Virus record (IMG/VR): IMGVR_UViG_3300003324_000108
Location: 1-54,488 of that record
Length of the DNA: 54,488 bases
Reading direction: 5' to 3' (one strand)
Origin: a virus
Lineage: Duplodnaviria > Caudoviricetes
Shown here piece after piece: positions 25,102 through 33,199 of this stretch. How positions within the stretch are numbered: the first letter of the stretch is position 1; each line of letters begins with the position of its first letter. Both the position numbers and the translations under genes were made by a program. A model generated the notes under the pieces. It was given only the letters and a program-made list of their open reading frames with translations. It was not told the origin of the DNA and did not search any database.

Positions 25102-26037
25102 GTGTTCCTCTTCATTCTCGCCTGCGTCGCGGCGCTGGTGATCGTCATCGCCATTGGCACGGCGGTGTTCTCCGAAGATTTCCGTTTCGGTGCCATCATC
25201 GTCGCCGTCATCGCACTCATCGCTGGCGCTATCTGCTTGTTCTTCGCCACGTTCTACTCGAACAGTCAGGGCGAGGCGAAGGTGCTGGTGAACAACGTTG
25301 ACCGTTCCATCGTCGGCACTGTGACCGAGCCGATGGCCGGGTTCAAGGCCCCGTGGATCGACTACGAGGCGTTCGACCTGTTCAGCCAGGAACTCGTCTA
25401 CGCCGGGTCGAAGAATGACGCCCCGTCGTACACGGGCGGATCCGTGAACGGGGCAGAGGTGACTGCCTCCGTGGGCGGTGCGAGTGGCGGATCCACGCAG
25501 GCGAACATCGACATCGCGATCACCTACTCCATCGACCCGAGCAAGGTGGCTGACATCTACAAGACGTACCGCACGCAGGAGCGTTTCACGAAGCAGGTGA
25601 TCGAGAAGACGGTACTCGCCACGATTCGTTCCGTCCCGTCGCAGTACACGACCACCCAGTTCCGTGGTGACAAGCGCACCGAGGCGAGCGACAAGATCAC
25701 CTCGGCCCTCAAGAGCAAGCTGGGGACGCAGGGTGTGGAGATCGACTTCGTCAACATTCAGAACATCTCCTACCCGGCTGAGGTCGAGAAGGCGTTGAAG
25801 GCGGTGGAGGTCGCGAACCAGAAGCAGCAGCAGGCGGAAGCTAACCTGCGAGCGGCGGAGGTCAGCGCCCAGCAGAAGGTGGTGGAGGCGAAGGCCGAGG
25901 CAGATGCCAACGCCGTCCTGGCAGCGTCGCTCACGGAGCCGATCCTGCGTCAGCGGATGATCGACGCCATCTCGAAGTCGGGGAGCACGATCATTGTCCC
26001 CGACACCTTCACCAGCCTGGGGAACCTGACCAAGTAG
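25102..26037 (+). CDS. SPFH/band 7 (prohibitin-like) membrane protein
   Basis: two TM helices, GFKAPW, IDIAITYSID, VNIQNISYP, coiled coil with AKAEADAN. Confidence 0.9.
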   Translation: MFLFILACVAALVIVIAIGTAVFSEDFRFGAIIVAVIALIAGAICLFFATFYSNSQGEAKVLVNNVDRSIVGTVTEPMAGFKAPWIDYEAFDLFSQELVYAGSKNDAPSYTGGSVNGAEVTASVGGASGGSTQANIDIAITYSIDPSKVADIYKTYRTQERFTKQVIEKTVLATIRSVPSQYTTTQFRGDKRTEASDKITSALKSKLGTQGVEIDFVNIQNISYPAEVEKALKAVEVANQKQQQAEANLRAAEVSAQQKVVEAKAEADANAVLAASLTEPILRQRMIDAISKSGSTIIVPDTFTSLGNLTK

Positions 26038-26147
26038 CAGACAGGTGGTGGCGTGGACAGCGACATAAGAATGAGGGCGACCGCGCTGGCTGGCTGGGCG
26101 CGGACGATGATAAGTCTCCCTCATCGCCACCCCCCTAGGAGGAAATC

Positions 26148-26471
26148 GTGCTCAAGCGTTACGTGCCTAAGTTCGTCCAGATGGTCAAGGACACCGTCCA
26201 GCGTAACTACTACACGCCACCGGACAGTGAGATGGAAATGTACTGGTGGGACAACTGCGCCCCTAAGTGGCAAAGCCGGGTAGGCAGGGCAAAGCTGGTC
26301 AACCACGAGGCGGCGACCAGGGCCTCGGAGCTTCTCGACTCCATCAGCCTCGCGGCATACCCGAACGATCTGGACATGAAGGATCTGATCCGGGATGCGC
26401 GTGACGCCGCGGATGCCTTGTGCCGCGCTATCGCTCGCGACAACTGGGACCGCATGGAAGGCAAGAAGTGA
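26148..26471 (+). CDS. hypothetical protein
   Basis: RBS AGGAGG. Confidence 0.75.
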   Translation: MLKRYVPKFVQMVKDTVQRNYYTPPDSEMEMYWWDNCAPKWQSRVGRAKLVNHEAATRASELLDSISLAAYPNDLDMKDLIRDARDAADALCRAIARDNWDRMEGKK

Positions 26472-26698
26472 GCGATGACGAGAAGGTGATGCGCGTTGCC
26501 GCAGCCATTGCGCAGGCGTACGAGTTCGACGGCACCGTGAACAAGTACGACGTGCAGGCGGCTGAAAGTTTCCTGGCATCGGACATCCTGGCCGACATGC
26601 TGGATGAGGCGTGGGGGCTGGGGGTGGATGCAGCTTGGAATGCATCCCAGCCATTCCTGCGCCCCATGCGGAGCCCATACAGAAAGGAATCGACATGA
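26468..26698 (+). CDS. hypothetical protein
   Basis: GTGA coupling. Confidence 0.65.
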   Translation: MSDDEKVMRVAAAIAQAYEFDGTVNKYDVQAAESFLASDILADMLDEAWGLGVDAAWNASQPFLRPMRSPYRKEST

Positions 26699-26955
26699 CG
26701 TACAAGTGGAAGGCGTTCTGCCCTGAGTGTGACTCGAAGAACGACGGATACACCGGAGTCTCCGATTCGACCGCAGTGCCCGAGGATGGCGACATCTCCA
26801 TCTGCGCGTACTGCGGGACGATCTCGAAGTTCGCCATCGCTAACGACGTGGTCAAGCTGGAGCGAGCCAGCGATGAGGAGATGAAGCACCTCATGGAGAA
26901 CCCTGACATTCGCCGCGCTCTTGCCAGCCTGCGCGCTGTTGGGGCATCCAATTGA
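26695..26955 (+). CDS. Zn-ribbon protein
   Basis: CPEC...PEDGDISICAYCG. Confidence 0.7.
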   Translation: MTYKWKAFCPECDSKNDGYTGVSDSTAVPEDGDISICAYCGTISKFAIANDVVKLERASDEEMKHLMENPDIRRALASLRAVGASN

Positions 26956-27101
26956 GCGACACTAAGACAGTCCACAAGAAGATCCTCCGCCCATGCGCCC
27001 GGTGCGGGATTCTGCGACAGGTAAACGGCAGGCCGTCCAACCTGTGTCGTGACTGCTCGGGGAACATGACCCCCGAAGAAAGGAAGGTTTGGAATGAATG
27101 A
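26952..27101 (+). CDS. small Zn-finger protein (49 aa, not in ORF track)
   Basis: TTGA coupling; CARCG...LCRDC. Confidence 0.55.
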   Translation: MSDTKTVHKKILRPCARCGILRQVNGRPSNLCRDCSGNMTPEERKVWNE

Positions 27102-27243
27102 AGTAGAGATCGATAAGCACAAGGATGTCAGTCGCCGGAACATTGCTGTCGGCTTCGGGTGCCTGGGGTTCGTGGTCATCACAGTGGCTGTCATCGTGCC
27201 CCTCGCCATCTTCCTGTACCGTCTCGCGTTTGGGGTGAACTGA
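27094..27243 (+). CDS. small membrane protein (49 aa, not in ORF track)
   Basis: RBS AGGAAGG; one long hydrophobic helix. Confidence 0.6.
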   Translation: MNEVEIDKHKDVSRRNIAVGFGCLGFVVITVAVIVPLAIFLYRLAFGVN

Positions 27244-27244
27244 C

Positions 27245-27424
27245 ATGGACCATGTGTGCACCATTGAATGCTTCCGGGCTGGCGTCGTCATGTCGCATAC
27301 TTACGCCACCGCCAGAGCGCGTCAGGACCGCTTGCTCAAGATCAAGGAACACAAGAACAGTCGGGTACGCGGACGTATCAAGCTGAGGGTGGGACACCTC
27401 GCCGGATGGGGGACAGGGGCATGA
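27245..27424 (+). CDS. small basic protein (59 aa, not in ORF track)
   Basis: fills gap, ATGA coupled to next gene. Confidence 0.45.
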   Translation: MDHVCTIECFRAGVVMSHTYATARARQDRLLKIKEHKNSRVRGRIKLRVGHLAGWGTGA

Positions 27425-27696
27425 GTGAGAAGGATGTACGCGAGCGTATCCAGCAGATTGATACCCTCCGCAGGACCATCGAGTCGATAGACGCCATGCT
27501 GGATGGCATGTTCATCACCGCTGACGTTTCCATGGACGTTCCCCGCACGGTACGTCGCCGCCTCCGCTACCAGAACCGTGTCGAGGAGTACAAGATGAAC
27601 ACGGAGGAGGTCCGCATTTTCAACGACTACCTGAGAACCAGACGCTACCAGCTGGAGAAGGATGTCCAGAAGCTGTCGGCTGAGTTTGAATCCTGA
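27421..27696 (+). CDS. hypothetical coiled-coil protein, last rightward gene
   Basis: 3' part of ORF 27268..27696. Confidence 0.7.
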   Translation: MSEKDVRERIQQIDTLRRTIESIDAMLDGMFITADVSMDVPRTVRRRLRYQNRVEEYKMNTEEVRIFNDYLRTRRYQLEKDVQKLSAEFES

Positions 27697-27743
27697 CAGA
27701 CGAAAGCCCCCGAGCACATGGAGTGCAAGGGGGCTTTCGTCTG
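27697..27743. terminator. bidirectional terminator between convergent arms
   Basis: perfect 15-bp stem CAGACGAAAGCCCCC/GGGGGCTTTCGTCTG. Confidence 0.85.
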
Positions 27744-27756
27744 CAAGTTCCACCGC

Positions 27757-29466
27757 TCAGAGGGTGTAGGCGTAGATGTACCCGAACGCCACGAAAGCGC
27801 GGGAGGCGTCGGGGGTGATGTGCGTGGCGGTCCACACCTTGCCAGCCGACATGTTCACGTACTGCCAAGACGTGTTCACGTCGTAGGAGAGGTACACGCC
27901 ACTCTGGTAGGTATCGGCGATGATCGCCTGGTACCCATTGGACGCGACGGAGATGTGGTCCCAACGTGCTGACGGGGGCGGGGCATATCCGCCCGTGACA
28001 CCCCACGAATCGCCCGTGTCACCCGAGACCCACGTGCCGCCGAAGGAATCGGAACCAACCATGTCGGACCCATCTGTGGACATACCCACATAGAGCCAGC
28101 CGTTGTTGCGCGGCTCGTCGTAGGAGCCCCGAGCCCAGGCGCGGAAGACGCCCCACGTGGTACCACCATCCTTGCTGATCCGGAACCCGTTGACGCCGTT
28201 CATGTAGCCGTTGGCGTAGATGACGCTGCCGTTGCCGGAAATGCTCACAGGCGTGTTCCAGATGTCCGTGTCCGATACGTCAATCGGGGAGGACCAGGTA
28301 GTACCCAGATTCGTGGACGTGTACACCTTGCCGCCCCGGCCAAGGACGATCTTGGCGAGGGTGGAATCACCTGCCAGATTTATCGTCTGCGTGGAGGTTG
28401 ACGGGATGGTGGGCGTGGTGAAAGACGTTCCGCCATTGCTGGACACCAGGAGGATCTTCGTGTCCGACGTGATGGCTGCGATCTTGCTGCCGTCAGCGGA
28501 GGTGATGACATCCGCCCACTTGCGCGATCCCGCCGCCGTCAGGGCCGTCCAAGTAGCTCCCGAGTCCGTAGACCGGTACAGGTTCCCCGCCGTGTTGATG
28601 CCCGCAGCGGCCACCAGAATGGCCCCATTCGTGGAGGAGGAAATGGCGGCCCACTCGCGGTTGCCCGCGCTCGTGAGGGCAGTCCAGGGGATCGTAGTCG
28701 GCTCCGTGTAAGCGGTCGCCGAGATGGTCCCGCTGGTCGAAACCTTGATGCGCCACTTGCCTCCGGAGCTGTCCTCCAGAATGATCCCCGTCTCGGGTCC
28801 AGTCGGGTAGTCTCCGAAAGGATCCACGCCGATGGGGCGGCGAATGTGAAGATCACGCGCCCCGATCTGAGCCTCCTCGTGGCGGATGATCGCCGGGGCA
28901 TTGCCGTTGTACCCGTAGCCGTTGATGGAGGTGTTGTCCGCACCCCAAGGCTTCGGGCCAGATCCGATCTGGACGGATCGCTGGCCAAGAGCGCTGGCGT
29001 CCTGTCCTATGGCAACAGACTTTGTGCCATACGCCTTGGACGCGGGGCCGATGGCGACCGAGTCAGTGCCGGACGCTTCCGCTCCAGTCCACGAGCCGAT
29101 GGCGATGGAGTTCTCGCCGTCCGCGGCGGCGCGCCAGCCGATGGCGACGCTGTAAGGGCCTCTTGCACTGGACCATCCCGCTGCCAGTGTCCCGTCCATC
29201 CCCGTGAACGCGTCAGCCGTCATGGTGTACGTGTGGTCCAGGACGGGGTCGGCAGGGATGGGGCCACCCACGGACCCGATGGGCACGGTCATGCCATTCT
29301 GGAGCGTTGCCTGCATGACGCCGCTGCTGATCGTGAGGCCGGTGATCGCCAGGCCGCCCGACGTCTCCAGACCATTGACGAACGAGGCGATGGCATCTGC
29401 CCACGCCTTGAAGGGGATGAAGTAAGGGTTCGTCCCCCGTGCCGGGATCTGGGTGTTGAACGGCAT
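27757..29466 (-). CDS. tail spike/receptor-binding protein: YadA-head-like repeats plus Asp-box beta-propeller
   Basis: SVAIG/SIAIG repeats; SxDxGxTW Asp-boxes (STDSGATW, STNLGTTW, SKDGGTTW, SGDTGDSW). Confidence 0.7.
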   Translation of the reverse strand: MPFNTQIPARGTNPYFIPFKAWADAIASFVNGLETSGGLAITGLTISSGVMQATLQNGMTVPIGSVGGPIPADPVLDHTYTMTADAFTGMDGTLAAGWSSARGPYSVAIGWRAAADGENSIAIGSWTGAEASGTDSVAIGPASKAYGTKSVAIGQDASALGQRSVQIGSGPKPWGADNTSINGYGYNGNAPAIIRHEEAQIGARDLHIRRPIGVDPFGDYPTGPETGIILEDSSGGKWRIKVSTSGTISATAYTEPTTIPWTALTSAGNREWAAISSSTNGAILVAAAGINTAGNLYRSTDSGATWTALTAAGSRKWADVITSADGSKIAAITSDTKILLVSSNGGTSFTTPTIPSTSTQTINLAGDSTLAKIVLGRGGKVYTSTNLGTTWSSPIDVSDTDIWNTPVSISGNGSVIYANGYMNGVNGFRISKDGGTTWGVFRAWARGSYDEPRNNGWLYVGMSTDGSDMVGSDSFGGTWVSGDTGDSWGVTGGYAPPPSARWDHISVASNGYQAIIADTYQSGVYLSYDVNTSWQYVNMSAGKVWTATHITPDASRAFVAFGYIYAYTL

Positions 29467-29474
29467 GGCCTACC

Positions 29475-29789
29475 TCACTGGGCGCTCGGGAACACGGCGA
29501 GAATCGCCGCCCGCAGGTGATCGTCGGTGACAGCGCCAGGGTTCAGCCCAGGCGGGAGGGCGCGGGTGTCCGACAGGTATTCACTGCGCACCGCATTCGC
29601 GTAGGCGTGGACTGCAGTGACGGTCGTCTCCTGGCCAGCCACAGTGATGGGGGTGGATACGATCCTCCCCAGCTGGCCGTCGATTGCCGCGGCGGGCGAT
29701 AGGATCCCCAACTGCTCCGCCGCCGCGACAAGACGGTTGCGCAGATCGCCGTCGTCACGTGCTGCGATGTGTTCAGCGGTGGTAGGCAT
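29475..29789 (-). CDS. small tail-fibre-associated protein (paralog of 35122..35427)
   Basis: MPTTAEHIAARDDGDL...PGLNPGAVTDDHL. Confidence 0.75.
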   Translation of the reverse strand: MPTTAEHIAARDDGDLRNRLVAAAEQLGILSPAAAIDGQLGRIVSTPITVAGQETTVTAVHAYANAVRSEYLSDTRALPPGLNPGAVTDDHLRAAILAVFPSAQ

Positions 29790-29802
29790 GATGCTCCTTC
29801 AT

Positions 29803-32256
29803 TTACCAGGTTGCGATGGCGACGCGCTTCCACGTGTTCGTGGCAACGCAGATGTAGATGTAGTTCGCATCATAGGCGCGCTGGCCCGCAGTTCCAGCAG
29901 CCGTGGCCGTGGCGGGCACAGCTGCCCAGGCCACGTTGAGGCCGTCAACATACCCCTTCGTGGCGATGTCTCCCGCAGCAGAGGGGGTGGCGACCTGAGC
30001 GCGCCCGCTCGCATCCCGGAGCATAACGGTGTTCGCCGTGGCCGCAGCAGTCATGGCGGCAAGGTATCCGCCGTTGACCCAGTTCAGCGGGATGCGGGTC
30101 CAGGTGTTCGTGGCCGTGCAGATGTAGAGGTAGCTCGCGTCGTAAGCCCTCTGTCCAGCCGTGCCGGTAGCGGTCGCAGAAGCGGGAGCCGCAACCCACG
30201 TGACATTGAGTCCATCCACGTACCCCTTAGTGGCAATGTCACCAGAAGCGGAAGGCGTCGCCACCTGCGCGCGACCAGCGGAGTCACGCTGCACAACGGC
30301 GCTGGCAGTCGCGGCAGACGTGGCGAGGCCCTGGGTGTCACGCTCGATAGTCGCGTACACCGTGTTTCCGTACCACGTGAACGTGACGATATCGGTGGCG
30401 TTAGCGGCGGTGGACAGTGCGAACCCCGGGGCACGCTTCACGCTGGCAGGGATCGTCAGCGTGCGCCCTCCCGTGGCGTCCTGGATGAGCACGAGGACAA
30501 TCTTGCTCACCTGCCGATACCCGTCAGGCGTCAGAGCGGTGAACGTGACATTCAGGTTTGCATTCATGTTGATGCGGAAAACCTGCGTGCCGTAAAGGTA
30601 GTAGGAACCCCCAGCACCGTTCGAGAAGTCGAAGTTGAGCGGGTTCGGCTGCGCAGATGCGTTCAGCGTGTTGACCGGGGCGACGCCAGACTGAGCGTTC
30701 ACGTAATACGCAGATGTTGCGTTGTACAGCCCCGCAGCACCGGCCTGTGGGGCAACGGGCACAGTTATCTGCCCTGCCCCATTCTTGACGACGATGTTGC
30801 CGGGATCTCCGATGTACCTCGAAACCCAGCTCTTTGACGTGTTGTCCCACACAAGAAGCGTTCCATCGAATGCCGCGGTGGGGAGCGAAATGGGAGCGAA
30901 TGACCAGTACGGCGCAGCTTCGTAGTTCTGCCACGCGGTAGCACTCAGGAGGGTAGGCCCGCCCCCACCACGAACGTACGTGAACAGGGCCATAACCTGC
31001 TTCACGCCGGGGATGATTTCATCGTAATCCACGATGAAGATCTGGCCCGCGTAGTCCGTGGGTGCCGGATCCAAATATGCATTCGGATCCATGGGGGGAT
31101 TCATCGCCCTGGCGGGATCCCAGTGGAAGATTGCCGGACCAGCCTTGGTCACATTTTGCAGGTCGCCAGCCTGGTAGACGTGGAAAATCTGGTCATCCAC
31201 ATACTTCTTGTTGGCAATGTGGACGTCGTACGTCGGCGTAGTGACAGCCGAGTTCCCCGTGGCGTCTCTGCCCATCACACTGTGGGGGGTGGAGGTAGCA
31301 TCGGGAAGCTCTACCTGGAATGAATATCCACTGGACGAGGTAGAATCGGCGCGAGCTACGAGGATGACTCCGTCCTGATACGGCTGGGCCGGGAACGGCG
31401 CTTTCCAAATTGTCCACGCATTCTGCGTGGTATCTGCCGGATAGTACCTGGCCGTGAGTTCATCACCATGGTCCGTCACCACAAAGAACTCGATGGCCCA
31501 AATGACGCCAGAATCAAGAATGTGTCGAATCTCGCCGGACCATTCATTCCCCGCCCCGACCCATTCGTAGTATGCCTTGTAGTAGTCCGGAAGGTCCGGA
31601 TCGTACGTCACGTCGGCGCTGTAATGCCACACGGCGGGACCAGGCTCTGCGTTTGCCAGCTCACTGATCTGCTGGAAATGCAGAATCGGCTTCCCCACCG
31701 GCCCAATGTCCAGGTCGGTGCCGCCATGGGTGAAGAGGTGCAGCTCCTCGTTCGTGATCGTGCCGCCCACAACAGCCGGATTGAGGGCAACATCAACGTC
31801 ACCCGCAGCCGCTTCCGCGCGATCCGCCGCGGCGTCCGCCCGGTCAGCATCCTCCTCTGCGGCTGCGGCTGCCGCCTCCGCACGGATGCGCTCTGCCTCG
31901 GAAACGATGATGACCGTATCCGGGTATGGAATCGGAGGCTGTGCCGTGTTCAGATCCAGCGGTGCCAGTGGTGTGTGCGTGTTCTCCACGCGCACCGGGA
32001 ACACCGGCATGGAGGTGCCGTCCGAGAAAGTGACCCGCACGTTGTACAGGCCGGTGACCAGCCAGCCAGAGATCTTTCCATCCTGGGTGAACTCGATCTT
32101 CTCGGTAATCCGGCCAGCCGTGCGCGAAGGGTCAGCGAGGTGACGGATCTGATGCGGCATGAAGGTGACGCACCCGAGGGCGGGTCGATCTGTAGGCGCA
32201 GGGGATCCCAGGGGGTGGATGAACGTACCAACCACATAGCCGTAGTCGTCAGCCAT
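29803..32256 (-). CDS. tail fibre-like minor tail protein with tandem C-terminal repeats
   Basis: IANKKYVD/IATKGYVD fibre motifs, IQDATGGRTLT domain, duplicated terminal unit. Confidence 0.75.
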   Translation of the reverse strand: MADDYGYVVGTFIHPLGSPAPTDRPALGCVTFMPHQIRHLADPSRTAGRITEKIEFTQDGKISGWLVTGLYNVRVTFSDGTSMPVFPVRVENTHTPLAPLDLNTAQPPIPYPDTVIIVSEAERIRAEAAAAAAEEDADRADAAADRAEAAAGDVDVALNPAVVGGTITNEELHLFTHGGTDLDIGPVGKPILHFQQISELANAEPGPAVWHYSADVTYDPDLPDYYKAYYEWVGAGNEWSGEIRHILDSGVIWAIEFFVVTDHGDELTARYYPADTTQNAWTIWKAPFPAQPYQDGVILVARADSTSSSGYSFQVELPDATSTPHSVMGRDATGNSAVTTPTYDVHIANKKYVDDQIFHVYQAGDLQNVTKAGPAIFHWDPARAMNPPMDPNAYLDPAPTDYAGQIFIVDYDEIIPGVKQVMALFTYVRGGGGPTLLSATAWQNYEAAPYWSFAPISLPTAAFDGTLLVWDNTSKSWVSRYIGDPGNIVVKNGAGQITVPVAPQAGAAGLYNATSAYYVNAQSGVAPVNTLNASAQPNPLNFDFSNGAGGSYYLYGTQVFRINMNANLNVTFTALTPDGYRQVSKIVLVLIQDATGGRTLTIPASVKRAPGFALSTAANATDIVTFTWYGNTVYATIERDTQGLATSAATASAVVQRDSAGRAQVATPSASGDIATKGYVDGLNVTWVAAPASATATGTAGQRAYDASYLYICTATNTWTRIPLNWVNGGYLAAMTAAATANTVMLRDASGRAQVATPSAAGDIATKGYVDGLNVAWAAVPATATAAGTAGQRAYDANYIYICVATNTWKRVAIATW

Positions 32257-32288
32257 CGTCAGCCCTTTCGTCCCCTGCGCGTAGGATA

Positions 32289-32621
32289 TCAGTCGCCCTG
32301 CGCGTAGTTCACGCCATTGCTACCGATAGCCTGCAACTTCTGTGGCAGACCCGTGGCCTTCCAAAGGCCGAGGTACATACCAACAGAGGTGATGAACGCA
32401 GGCAATGCCAGGAGCAGGCCCCGGCCAAGGTCGTACGTCACACCCTCCTGGACTGCCCGGAGCAGTTCGGTTCCGAGGGTGGAGATGAGCGTGAACACGG
32501 CGAGAAGCACGGCGCGCACCCAGGACTTGGAATCGAGCTTCGTCACCAGCCCGACCAGCAGGGGCAGGAGGCTGGACACGACCAGCTGGATAACCAGGGC
32601 GGGGTCAAAGGTGATGGTCAT
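32289..32621 (-). CDS. holin
   Basis: three TM segments, LLPLLVGLVTK; downstream of endolysin. Confidence 0.75.
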   Translation of the reverse strand: MTITFDPALVIQLVVSSLLPLLVGLVTKLDSKSWVRAVLLAVFTLISTLGTELLRAVQEGVTYDLGRGLLLALPAFITSVGMYLGLWKATGLPQKLQAIGSNGVNYAQGD

Positions 32622-33199
32622 TTCTTCTGTCCTTCCATGAAGTTCACGACCGCGTCAGCCAGTCGTCCTAGATCCCCCCGGAGCGCGTTCATGCCCTCCT
32701 CGGTAGACTTTCGCAGACCGCCGATCTCCGCACCGACAGACTTGCGCAAATCGGAGATATTCACAGCTTGTGTGTGCAGGCGTTCATGCGTCTCCCGACG
32801 TGAATCTTGTAGTTCCCCGCGGATCTGCTTGATGTCGTCCTGGATGTCCTTCACGTCCGTCTTCACATCTGCGACTTCCTCCTTGATATCCGCAGCATCG
32901 GAAGCTGCACTCGCCGAGGAATCCTTCACCACGTCCACGTCCGCTCGGAGGTTTGTCTTGTGGCTGTTCTGGACCTGGTGACGTACGTCGTTCTGCCGCT
33001 GGAGGATGATGCTCATGAGAGTTACCGCACCACCAATCAGCGCCAGCAGGATCTTGGTGACACCATCATCGAGAAATGTGTCACCGTTGGGGTCTGGAAC
33101 GTTCGACACCCAGATGATCGCAGCCCCCGTGCCAACAATCCCCAACCCCAGGACCATCCACTCTGGGAGTCGGAACCTCCGGTCATCCTCGCCGCTCAC
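32618..33199 (-). CDS. membrane protein of lysis cassette (DUF2746-like)
   Basis: two TM helices, QVQNSHKTNLRADVD, coiled coil; GTGA coupling. Confidence 0.7.
   Translation of the reverse strand: MSGEDDRRFRLPEWMVLGLGIVGTGAAIIWVSNVPDPNGDTFLDDGVTKILLALIGGAVTLMSIILQRQNDVRHQVQNSHKTNLRADVDVVKDSSASAASDAADIKEEVADVKTDVKDIQDDIKQIRGELQDSRRETHERLHTQAVNISDLRKSVGAEIGGLRKSTEEGMNALRGDLGRLADAVVNFMEGQKK

Noticed and set aside
29806-30300. Repeat pair as DGR template/variable repeats
   Set aside because: Both copies are in-frame coding, differences are not adenine-specific, and no reverse transcriptase is present
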